A stretch of 64,000 nt of DNA from Octopus sinensis (taxonomy: Eukaryota): the NCBI RefSeq assembly GCF_006345805.1, contig NC_043000.1:140926001-140990000 (forward strand), in the 5' to 3' direction. Positions 1 to 11,845 of this stretch are shown one piece after another. Each line of letters begins with the position of its first letter. Position 1 is the stretch's first letter. A program made the translations under genes and the position numbers. The notes below the pieces were generated by a model that made no database searches, had not been told where the DNA came from, and was given only the letters and a program-made list of their open reading frames with translations.

Positions 1-48
1 CAATTTTATCACTCAAAATTTCTTTTAGTTGTTGATGATCTCAAGTAA

Positions 49-468
49 TTCTTATTTCTTTATTGCCCACAAGGGGCTAAAGATAGAGGGGACAAACAAG
101 GACCAGACAAAGGGATTAAGTCGATTACATCGACCCTAGTGTATAACTGGTACTTAATTTATCATTCTGAAAGGATGAAAGGCAAAGTCGACCCCGGCAT
201 AATTTGAACTCAGAACGTAACGGCAGATGAAATTACCTATTTCTTTACTATCCACAAGGGGCTAAACACAGAGAGGACAATCAATGACAGACAAACTGAT
301 TAAGTTGATTATATTGATCCCAGTGCGTAACTGATACTTATTTAATCGACCCCGAAAGGATGAAAGGCAAAGTTGACCTTGGCGGAATTTGAACTCAGAA
401 CATAGCGGCAGACGAAATACTGCTAAGCCTTTCGCCCAGCATGCTAATGATTCTGCCAGCTCGCCACC
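49..468 (-). mobile_element. Two tandem SINE family B copies (Meta/MESC-like core)
   Basis: Core gcctttcatcctttcggggtcgat..aagtaccag; copies at 49-235 and 236-468. Confidence 0.8.
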
Positions 469-1152
469 AACTCTCAAGTAATTCTGGTCGGCTCTGCTCA
501 AAAACGGAATGGCTTAATTGGATGGAGCTCCCTAGGTTTTGAGTGAGGCTATGCTCTTTTACATAAATATGTTTTTATTCAACGGTAATTTTTTTTAAAT
601 GGTAGCAAATGACTTGTGAAGCGGATTTGGTTGGTATTCTTGTAGGTCGGCACTGACCTGATGGTACATAATACTCTTGTTTTAGAGTTTGGTTCTTGTT
701 AAATACTCCAAGGTGTTTTGTGATAGCTTAGTGGAATTGTTGCCCAATCTACTAAACTACTGCGAGGTACGTGGGAGAAATGTCTTCTACTATATACTCA
801 GTTTGATTAATAACTACTGAATTGAATTTGATAGATGGAACCTGTTTTGTGTGTGTGTGCGTGGATATGTGTGTGGAGAGAGAGAGAGAAGGAAAGGGGA
901 GATTGAGAAAGAAATAGAGAAAGGAATTGTGAGAAAATAGTAAGATGCTGAAAGTAGACAAAGATTACCTACATTAGTAAACAGAAAATTTACCATTGAA
1001 TAATAATAGAATGAAAATTGTTTTATAATTAGCAAATTTAGAAAGCACTACACTTAGATGGGAATAGTGTCAGTAGGGAGAAAGTGTGTGTGTGTGTGTG
1101 CACGCATATGTGTTCATGTGCATGTGTGTGAAAGGAATATTCGGCCAAAGTA

Positions 1153-1690
1153 TTGGGTTGTCTGGAAAGTTCATGCCAATTTATAGTAGCTTACCTTTCG
1201 ACTTATTTTAGAACATGGTTGAGTCCATAAAATAGGATTTGACTACACCTCCATTTAGAGCCCAGTATAAGCTATCTTTTCATGGAAGAAGGTTTATGTT
1301 CCTATAACCTGTGTTAATTCTGTAACCCTTTAAAATGGAAGATGCTTTGGGAACCAGACAAAAAATGATGCAACTCGACCGGGATGTGTTACCCCACCCT
1401 CCATATTCACCAGATATTGCTCTTCGGATTTTCACTTAGTCAGGTCTCTGTAGAATAGTCTTAATGGTAAAAATTTCAATTCCTTGGATGATGTAAAAAG
1501 ATACCATGATGAATTCTTTGCCATGAAACCACCTCAATTCTGGGAAGAGGGTATTTTCAAGTTAAAGGAAAGATGGAGACGCATTGTGCAACAAAATGGT
1601 TCATATTTGGTTGATTAAAACTGAAATGGCAAGTATTTATTGACTTTTTCTTTCCTTTAAAAATCAGCAGGAACTTTCCGGACAACCCAA
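1153..1690 (+). mobile_element. Internally deleted mariner with both TIRs and TA TSD
   Basis: TA-ttgggttgtctggaaagttc ... gaactttccggacaacccaa-TA. The interior encodes the transposase C-terminus (LPHPPYSPDIA..FWEEGIFKL.ERW). Confidence 0.9.
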
Positions 1691-2261
1691 TAGATAAGTA
1701 ATAAACAAAAAATATTTACCAAAAATTATCAAAAGGTATTGACAGTTAAATAATTTTTAAATGCATATGGTTTGAGCAAAAAAACATTTCAAGTTAACAA
1801 GCTTATAAATATTACCCTATTAAGCAGCAGTCAATAACGTTTCTGAAATTCATAATATATATATATCAGGTCTTAACAATGTTACTTTCACAAAAGGTTT
1901 TAATATTGATTTCAAATTTTGACACAAGGCGTTCAAGGTTAGGTGGAGTGGGGTAGTTGATTATATCAACCCCAGTACTCAACTGGTATTTTATCAACTA
2001 TGAAAGGATGAAAGAAAAAGTCAACCTTGATAGAATTCAAACTCAGAATGTAGAAGTAGGTTGCCACTTTATCAAAGACTTTAATGTTACTATCTTTCTT
2101 GAGCTGTTGCTAATTAGCCATAGGTATGTCTCAATTGAATCTAATCAACTAATGACAAATAGCATTTCATTTGTGACATAACCATATTTTGTCACATATA
2201 TTGTATCCATGACTACAATATGCATTGCCTTTCTGAAGACAGCAGGATCTGATATATACAG

Positions 2262-2533
2262 ATCATCATCGTCGTCGTCGCTGTTTAACGTCTGCTTTCA
2301 ATGCTGGCATGGGTTAGAAGGTTTGACGGAGAACTGGCGAGTCGGGAGGCTGCACCAGGCTCCAATCTGATTTGGCAAGATTTCTACTGCTGAATGGCCT
2401 TCCTAATGCCAATCACTCTAAGAGTGCAGTGCTTTTTACATGCAACTGGCATGGGAACCAGTCAGGTGGCACTGGCATGCTTGGATGGTGCTTTTTACAT
2501 GCCACTGGCATGGAGGCAGTGAGGCAGCACTGA
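2262..2533 (-). mobile_element. SINE family C (RTE-like tail, internal hairpin VNTR)
   Basis: aggaagggcatccagctgtagaa...cgttaaacgatgatgatg tail; about 15 copies in the window. Confidence 0.75.
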
Positions 2534-3441
2534 CAAAAATACATGCAAACAATATTACAAGACCTATTTAAAATGTATTATTTCCAACTAATACAAAACA
2601 TATATTTACATCAAACTGTCAGCTGGATCCTTAATCACATTCTATTCCAAATACGTAATTTGTTATGGAAATCAACAAAGAAGTTAAATAAACATTGATT
2701 TATATTGACCAGTTTGACTTTTTCTATACTAGCATTGGAATGTTCAAATCAGGAGAGAAAAAAACCAAATAAAAAAATATATATATATTCCCCAAACTTC
2801 CAGGAGGAGCCACACACATTTAAATGATATATGGTTGAATGGAGAGTATTTGTAAAACTGAAAACTATCAATTAGTATATTTATTCAATACATTGGCACA
2901 AGATACCAAACAAGGGCTAATTAAAATGATTGTATCAAAGAATCGTTTTACAGAATATTTTTTTTAAAAATGCATTTAGAAATTATTATTACTCTATTTA
3001 GAAATATATATTAATTTTTATACAAATTCTAAACACCACAAAAAAAAAAACAACTCAAAAATCACTTAACATTCAGGTCTTCCTATATTGCTCAGAAGTA
3101 AGCTTAATTAGAGTGAGCAGAATTTCAATAAGATATGTTGTTTCTGGACAAATATCACTGTTAATTTGCCTTTCAGTGATGTATTTACATTAAGTATGAT
3201 ACATAGATGGCTATTTTAATCAAACACTGTTTCTCCAGCATATAACAGTTTTATTCAACCAGATGACTATTTGCCATACCACTGAATGTTTATTCACTGT
3301 TTTCCTATATATCAATGGTGATAAATCTTATGTTAGTCTGTGACTGGCTGTGAGTACTCACCATTGGCAAGATTGAACAGTGCACAATGCATTTTGCCTT
3401 TTCACTAGTCTCCACTCATAAATTATATGCATGCACGTATA

Positions 3442-3472
<31 letters not shown>

Positions 3473-3509
3473 GTGTGTGTGTATATTTATGTATGCATGT
3501 GTATATATT

Positions 3510-3985
3510 CAGGGTGTCCCAAATGTATCTGATGGGTTTTAGTTTTTAATAACTTCCTTAACTTTACATATAAATGCATGAAATATTGATACAATATTTA
3601 GGACATAACGGAATTACAAATCAAATCTTGTGACACCTCTACATCACATATGAAAAATGACATCACGTAAGTTGCAGCCATTTTGGCTTTTCATGTCCAT
3701 GCTCTTTCCAAATCTTGCACCATAACACCCTCAAGACTTCCAGACTTTACTTCTTTGATTTCCCTATTGATGTTCTCCTTCAGTTTCCTCATGGTCTTTG
3801 GTTTGTTGATAGTATCCCCACAAGAAAATATCTGGGCTAGTTAAGTCTGGGAAATGTGAAAGCCAGTTGACATTGCCGTACTTGGAGATTATTCTCTCTC
3901 CAAAGCACTGCCATAACAACTGCATTGTTTCTCTTGTGGTATGAGCAGTTTCCCCATCTTGCTGGAATCATGTGTGAGGTCTACT
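3510..3985 (-). mobile_element. 3' end of a DD41D (rosa/Visitor-type) Tc1/mariner element
   Basis: FQQDGETAH...WLSHFPDLTSPDIFLWGY, with 41 residues between the two Asp by my count. TIR-like cagggtgtccca at 3510. Confidence 0.75.
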
Positions 3986-4035
3986 TTGAATGGCCTTCAT
4001 GTTCCCCAGACTTGACTAGCCTGGATATTTTTCAT

Positions 4036-4855
4036 GTGATGGAGGAGTTCATATCTGCACACCTGTGCTTCTGTTATGGCGACACGCGAGTTGTCGACCG
4101 GAGCGTTGTCCTGCAGGAGGAGGATGCCTTTGCTGATCTTGCCCCGCCTCTTGATTTTGATAGCTTCTCTTAGTATCCTCAAAAGTGAAGCATAATAGGC
4201 TCCTGTAATTGTGGTACCCTTTTCCAGGAAATCTGTTATCACTACTCCGTCCTGGTCCCAGAAGACGGTGAGCATAACCTTGCCTTCTTTGGAGGAGGTG
4301 AGTCATGGTGCTTCCACTACATTGACTGGGCTTTGGTCTCTGGATTATAGTGATGGACCCAGGTTTCATCCTGTGTAATCAGTCTTTTGAAAAATTTTGA
4401 CTCATCTTCTTGACACATCTCCAAATTCGCACTCGACACGTTCTTGCTTCTGGAAAGGTATGAGCAACCTGGGAATCCATCTGGCAGACACCTTTTGCAT
4501 ATGCAAATGGTCATGAATGATAGTTTCCACAGACCCGGTACTAATCTTGACCTCATGGACTATTTGGCGAATAGTTATGCGTCGATCTTCCAAAATGGCA
4601 GCCTTAACTTGACGGACAGATGCCTCATCAATGGCAGAATGGGCGACCAGATCTGGGAGCTGTTTCCACAGAGTTCCGACCATGTTTGAATTCATGATTC
4701 CAGCATTTTACAAGGTCATATGATGAGGCATCATCACCATAAGTTACTTTCATTTCATCAAAAGTCTCCCGTGGTGTGCATCCTTTCAAATACAAAAACC
4801 GGATCACTGCTCGACTCTCAACAATAATTGAATTGTATGACATAATCCTAATCGT
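4036..4855 (-). pseudogene. Mariner (DD34D-type) transposase pseudogene, truncated at both ends
   Basis: RAVIRFL, RSGRP, WIPRLL, QDETWVHHY and QDNAP motifs across frames. The YSPDL motif and both TIRs are missing. Confidence 0.9.
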
Positions 4856-5515
4856 TAAAGTTTCTAGTTTGATAATAGAGTTTTTATAAGAAAAATTATT
4901 ATTTTATTTATTTCTTAAAAAATATTGTTTAAATATATTTGATTATTTATTTAAATATTATCATTAACCTGAAGATTGACTATAACCATAATTTGAATTA
5001 TTAATTGAATTTAAATTATTGTTATTCGAATTAGGTTATGGGCAGGAAACGATCGTAGTGGTTTTACTCTTTATCTTATATTAAACAACTTTTTAATACT
5101 TTTTGATAGTTATATTGACTATAACTATAATTCAAATTTTTAATTAAATTAAAATCATTGTAATTCAAATTAGGTTATGGCCATGAAACGTATATAGTTA
5201 TATATATTAAAAAAAAATTTTTTTAAGTTAAAAATATAAAAATTTATCAATTTAAAATTTAAAAAATATAAAAATTTATTAATATAAATTAAAAAGTTTA
5301 AATTTAAATAATTTAAATTTAAAATTTTATATAATTTGTATATTATATTAATTATGTTTATTTTTATGTTTTGGTTTATGTTTTTCATTGTTTGATTTGC
5401 CTAATAGTGGTTTTATCTCTAATTTAATTTATATTTAATCTGTGAAATTGGATTTAATCCTAAATATAATTTTTCCCTGTAAGTTTGGATTTACTCCCTA
5501 ATATTATTATTATAT
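4856..5515 (+). mobile_element. Short ORF-less PLE relative (solo pLTR or retrozyme-like) with hammerhead
   Basis: The 3' end (tagtggttttatctctaat...aaattggatttaatcctaaat...ttttccctgtaagtttggatttactccctaatatt) matches the big PLE terminus. It has a CTGAAGA...GAAACGATCGTAGTGG core and ends in (TA)n. The left boundary is approximate. Confidence 0.8.
4965..5061 (+). ncRNA. Hammerhead ribozyme with extended 70-nt stem II
   Basis: CTGAAGA at 4969-4975; hairpin 4976-5045 (tataacc/ggttatg, taatttgaat/attcgaatta); GAAA at 5046-5049; C(gatc)GTA at 5050-5057. Stem I is weak (taac/gtgg). Confidence 0.7.
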
Positions 5516-5580
5516 ATATATATTATCATGAGTTGTTGCTAACAATATGAAGAATTTAAGTTTAAGGAAAAGAATATGTT

Positions 5581-6225
5581 TATTATCATCACCATCATCG
5601 TTTAATTTCCGCTTTCCATGATGGCATGGGTTGGACGGTTTGAATGAAGACTGGTGAGCCAGAGGCTACACAAGGCTCAATCTGATCTGGCAAAGTTTCT
5701 ACAGCTGAATGCCCTTCCTAATGCCAACCACTCCGAGAGTGTTGTGGGTGCTTTTATGTGCCACCAGCATGAGTGCCAGTCAGGCGGTTCTGGCAACAAG
5801 CATGCTCAAAAGGTGTTTTTTACATGATACCTGCACAAGAGCCAGTCTGGCAGCACTGGCAATGACCATGCTCGAATGTTATTTTTTACTTGCCACCAGC
5901 ACATGTACCGGTAAGGCGATGCTGGCAATGATCACGTTCGAATGGTGCTTTTCACATGCCACCGGCACGGAAGCTAATCCATGGCCCTGGCAACGATTAC
6001 ACTCGAATGTGCAATCAGGCAGTTCTATCATCAGCCACGTCAGCGATTTTGATTTGTTTTCACTTGCCTCAGTAGGTCTTTGTAAGCAAAGTTCATTGTC
6101 CAATGAATGAGGGGTACTCATAAGTGGGCTGGTTACACCCCACGTTTGGATGTGCTTTTAACGTTCCACTGGCATGATTGCCAATCATGTGGTACAGTCA
6201 TCGGCCATGTCAGCGATTTTGAAAT
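5581..6225 (-). mobile_element. SINE family C, long internal array
   Basis: Family C tail plus multiple tgccagtggca-type units. Confidence 0.75.
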
Positions 6226-6268
6226 AAAACAGTAAAATGAAAAGTTCTCAATGCATACTTTGTTTAAT

Positions 6269-6684
6269 CTCTTTACTCTCTTTTACTCTTTTACTTGTTT
6301 CAGTCATTCGACTGTGGCCATGCTGGAGCACCATCTTTTAATCGACCAACTCGACCCCGGGACTTATTCTTTTGTAAGCCCAGTACTTATTCTATCGGTC
6401 TCTTTTGTCAAACCACTAAGTAATGGGGACATAAACACACCAGCATCGGTTGTCAAGCAATGTTAGAGGGACAAACACAGACACACAAACACACACATGC
6501 ATATATATATATACATATATACGACAAGCTTCTTTCAGTTTCCGTCTACCAATTCCACTCACAAGGCTTTGGTCAGCCCGAGGATATAGTAGAAGACACT
6601 TGCCCAAGGTGCCACGCAGTGGGACTGAACCTGGAACCATGTGGCTGGTAAACAAGCTACTTACCACACAGCCATTCCTGTGCC
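6269..6684 (-). mobile_element. tRNA-derived SINE family A
   Basis: A/B-box head (tggctgtgtggt...ggttcagtcc), internal (TA/TG)n and AG-rich tail. At least 8 full copies. Confidence 0.85.
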
Positions 6685-7477
6685 TTATTTTTCCTTTAAC
6701 TGTTGTCGTGTTATTTACCAATTTACCTTTGACGTTTATGTTTCATCTGATATATTGTTATACACAACTGACAGTGAAAACATAACTTCAATATAAATGG
6801 GCAAATTCTGTTTTCCTGAATGATATAAATTTCTCATGGCCAAGTAAAACTGCTAGTTCAATAAAATTTATAGATTCATTTCAAACATGTATAGATCTAA
6901 AGCATTTTGTATTAGCTAAAACCACTGCGATAATAGTTACTCGCAGAAGCATATTAATGAAAACTGTTACATAAAAATTTGTACCTTGAGAGTTACATGT
7001 TTCAAATAGTAAAACATCTTGTTTCTGGTCATTGATCAGCTTGACGGAATTTCAACACACTCATTAGACCAGCAAGAAATAGCCATAAAATCTCTTTCAA
7101 ATAACATCCTACTATCTTAGGCTGACATCTCGGGCATCATGCTGAACGATCCTGGAGACATCCACCTGTCGACTGCAAGCCCTCAATATAGTCTGGTCCC
7201 CCTTGTGGTGCAACGGTCACCTAGAGCGTGACTATCCAGCGTGGGCCAACCCTTAAGCTTACGGGTCTGATTTTTTAACTTACGGGTCGGACCACGTCGC
7301 TGTGTTTACCCAGTGCATATCACCACAGACTCCCAGCGACTGACAGCATCGATCACGCCTACGTCCACATGTACGTGGGCGACACCGTGAGGTTTGGTTC
7401 AGCCTTACTAGATTGGACACGGTATATATTGGGGCTCTACCATCCAGAATACTCCTAATGCAGGAGAGTCATCAGCT

Positions 7478-7679
7478 GGCTGAAACCGGCCCTAGCTCTG
7501 AGTACAAATGTCTTGTTTTCATAAGTTTTGAATTAAAATCTTCCACCAAACCTTAGTCACAATTTATGTTCCTAACACTAGTTGAATAATAACTAAGTTA
7601 ATTTATTAAGTTCTTTGTTATATTTAAAGTAACTGAAAGCAACACAGAGCATCTCAAAATAAATACAGTAACGAAAGGG
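7478..7679. mobile_element. Second copy of the piggyBac-type MITE, left TIR missing
   Basis: Aligns to 55950-56152 and ends gtaacgaaaggg-TTAA. Confidence 0.8.
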
Positions 7680-9165
7680 TTAAGTTTTCTTAGTAAACCT
7701 TGGGCTAAATAAGGACAACAAACTTACTATGAATGCTGAGTGTAACTCATATAGACTTACTAGTTACCTTAAGTATGAGACGAAACATTGAAGATAAAAA
7801 GGATAAGACCAGTCACCAATATTAGACAAAACCTTTATTTTAGCTAAGAAAAGCGTAACAAAATTATAACATGACTGGATATTATCTCTTGCTTTTGAGA
7901 TTAAAGCATGTGATTAGAAATCTATTAAGTGGGTAGTAAATTGCATTAGAGCAATCAATATTAGATTTAAGTTGGGATTCCAAGTGTATATGAATGCAAT
8001 ATTATCGAAGTGTTTGTTCAGCTTATTATTGTCTCCTTGACAGCTGTTATTTTCCTTTGTTTCTTTGGAAGACATGTCATCTGTTACTTTTTGTTTTTGG
8101 TTGTGAAAGGATCTTCTTTGTATTTCCTCCTATCTTTTTTAACTCTACAAGCATTCTTATCTGTCCACTTATGAAATTACGTTTCCTTTGTTAGCAGACA
8201 GCATACACATATTGCTGTTATCTTCTAGATATTAATTATTACTGATTCTTCCAAACAGTTATTCGGTTTTGTTGGCTGTGAATATTTTAAGGTTTCATTT
8301 ATTTCCTAATGGAATTCTTGCACCTTAAAATATGCCAAACTTGATTATATATGGTAATATCTTCCTTTTCTTTTTTATATCTACAGCACTTTGAAAAAAG
8401 AACTAAGCTCCTCTTCCACAATTTTATCTGAACTGAACAAAGTGCTTCTAAAAGACGAATAGCTATTAAAGTATCCATAGAGAACAATATAATATCTGTG
8501 AATATTTATCTGTTCCGAATTATAAGCCATTGCACTTTGATGGAATTTTAGTATAAGAACATATCTTTACAAGATCATAGACAAACGACATTCTCTGAAG
8601 TTAGTTGTTTTTCACTACATGCTGAAAAAAAATATTTCCAAGCACAGCAATGGTAATTCATTTAGAGTGAATCTGTAAATTAGCTAATTAATTTAAAACA
8701 AGTAAATGCGTTTTCCATGAAAAAAATATATAACAGCAAAATTTTATTTTAAGTTGTATATATATTTTTATATTCCTTGCACACATTAAAAATTCAGCTT
8801 CAACTGCCTTTTAGAGGGCTTGGCTGCAACAGTTCTGTCTAAATCACATTTTAGGGCAAACTGAATATTATTAGCATCTTTGTAGTTTATCTGAAATATT
8901 GCGAATTCATGTGTCTATATTTTTTTTAGTTATTAATAAACCCGAGCAGATGTAGCACAATTCTTATATTGAGCTGTAGAAATGGGAGACATATGTCTTT
9001 TGAGTGAATCCTGTTTAAACATTCTAATAAATTCTGCAAACTCAGCCATATCATAACTCCTCTGGAGACAACAAATAACAGGACACCTTCCTTTTAAACC
9101 AATAAAAACCATGATTATATAAGAGTCATCCTAGAATTCATGACTATTCTATCATCAAAGTCATT

Positions 9166-9582
9166 AGGCGCAGGAGTGGCTGTGTGGTAAGTAGCTTGTT
9201 TACCAACCACATGGTTCCGGGTTCAGTCCCACTGCGTGGCATCTTGGGCAAGTGTCTCCTGCTATAGCCCTGGGGCGACCAATGCCTTGTGAGTGGATTT
9301 GGTAGACGGAAACTGAAAGAAGCCTGTCGTATATATGTATATATATATATATATGTGTATGTGTATGTGTGTTTGTGTGTCTGTGTTTGTCCCCCTAGCA
9401 TTGCCTGACAACCGATGCTGGTATGTTTACGTCCCCGTCACTTAGCGGTTCAGCAAAAGAGACCGATAGAATAAGTACTGGGCTTACAAAGAATAAGTTC
9501 CGGGGTCGATTTGCTCGACTAAAGGCGGTGCTCCAGCATGGCCACAGACAAATGACTGAAACAAATAAAAGAGTAAAGAGTA
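9166..9582 (+). mobile_element. tRNA-derived SINE family A
   Basis: Full-length copy. Confidence 0.85.
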
Positions 9583-10371
9583 AAATCCAAATAAATTGCT
9601 TTCTGGGGTGTAGGGTTTTGAAATGAAAGGGTTGTGTCTATGATACTGAACTATTAATTATTCAGGAATCTTTGCTCTCAGTACCACAGAATCAATTGAT
9701 AAAGATGTCTCTCCTATTCAAGCAGACTAAGCTAGTATACCATCTGATATAAGAACTGATTGTGTCAACAATGCACTTACTTTCTATAACCATCATACTT
9801 TCTGAAAGCTTAATTGGAATTCTTTTAGAGCTATTAAGGAATTTAGATATGTGGCCCCTAAGTTTGATAAAAGGAAGTAACAATGTGAGGTGATCCTCAG
9901 TATTCTGTCTTCACAAATAGCCAAGATCCTTTCCTTCTATGGTTATTTCTTTATGTGTTGTGGTTCATAGACTTCTTGTATGTATTTAATGGTAATGGTG
10001 TATGACAGTAGTTTCTTCTGGGTAGCGGTATTTGTTTCTTATATGCTTTTTTTATTAGTAATATGTAATTTATAAAGCATCATGTAATTATTTATAGATT
10101 TCAGAAACGGTTGTGCATGTCAAAATTTTTGATTTTTAACCATGTCAATATAATACAATATATACACATATATGATGGCTGCCCCCTCATTATCGAGTAT
10201 GGCCATTGTACAAAGCTTAATCAATGTTGTTATCGTGCAATGCCTGTGCAAGAAGATTTTTTTTAAAGTGAGGAAAGGCTGTGCACTGAGTCAATCCCAC
10301 TCACTAAGCAGCAGCAGCCATAATCTGAAAAGAAGAACAAGTCAACATCATCAGTAACCACTGAGTCGCAG

Positions 10372-10730
10372 GTTTTATGTCGGAGTCATCCCAGTTACCT
10401 GAGTTACCTTCTCCTAGAAGGATGCCCTAACAAAGGCTAAGAGTCCTTCACTCCCAATGGTTTAACCGCACGATCGGGTATTCAGTCCGATTATTTCTAT
10501 GTCTCTGCGCATGATACAGCCTTAAGACATTTATTGGATGGCCGTTGACTCTCAAGAGTTCCTCCGCCCTTTGACGGGTTTTGTTTTTCCTCCCGCAGGG
10601 TGTCCAATAAACACCCTCCTCACCAAGCAAGCTTGGTGGGGTTGCCGGTTTAGTCGCCGACTGTCCGACCATGCCACAGGTTGTACTGGGCTACATGTTA
10701 CCAGTAGCACTCGAAAGTGACCCGACATAA
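10372..10730 (-). mobile_element. RTE-type LINE 5' UTR fragment
   Basis: GC-rich. ctaggagaaggtaactc resembles RTE 5' UTR motifs (recalled). Abuts (TA)n and is bracketed by a 13-14-bp inverted repeat. Confidence 0.5.
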
Positions 10731-11129
10731 TATATATATATACATATATGTATATACACATATATACACACATATATATATATATATACACACATATATA
10801 TATATATATACACACATATATATATATATACACACACACATATATATATATATACACACATATATATATACATATATACACACATATATATATATATACA
10901 TATATACACACATATATATATATATATACATATATACACACATATATATATATATACATATATACACACATATATATATATATACATATATACACACATA
11001 TATATATATATACATACATATATATATATATATATATACATACATATATATATATATATATACATACATATATATATATATACATACATATATATATATA
11101 TATACATACATATATATATATATACATAC

Positions 11130-11178
<49 letters not shown>

Positions 11179-11179
11179 C

Positions 11180-11228
<49 letters not shown>

Positions 11229-11231
11229 CAC

Positions 11232-11266
<35 letters not shown>

Positions 11267-11343
11267 CACATATATATATATATATATACACATATATATA
11301 TACATATATATATATATACACACATATATATACATATATATAT
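10729..11343. repeat. Compound (TA)n/(CA)n microsatellite
   Basis: Direct inspection. Confidence 0.97.
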
Positions 11344-11803
11344 TAAACTATGGTTGCAGAACAAACAAATATAAGGTCATCCACGTAACATTTCATATCT
11401 CGAACATTTAATCACATAATGCTTTTTCTTTCCCATAGAATATACATGCATAAAATCACGGAAGATGAAACACAACTCATCAATACAAGCATATAAGAAA
11501 AACGTGTGAATACAGTCTATCGCAGTTAAAAATTAAGGATTAATACTTTAGTGACTAAAGAAAATATATATTTTAACATTATAACATCTAGATGATGGGA
11601 TTCTCCAGGTATATTGTTTAATACCCAGGAATTGGCCATATTCAAACAATATTGTGGTAGGCCTTCGTCAGGGTTCAGAAAGAGCTAACACAACTTAGAT
11701 GATCATTTTATCTACTGAGGGATGTGTATAGTATTAGCAGGTTAAAGTTAACAGCTATATATTGAGATTTTATTTGATCGATAGGCTTTGAGTCCCTTGT
11801 TTT

Positions 11804-11845
<42 letters not shown>

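Noticed and set aside
10552-11374. 200-270-aa ORFs rich in Y/I/C/V/M/H/T (also 28942-29516, 28128-28717, 34084-34603, 37776-38086)
   Set aside because: Translations of microsatellites that lack stop codons.
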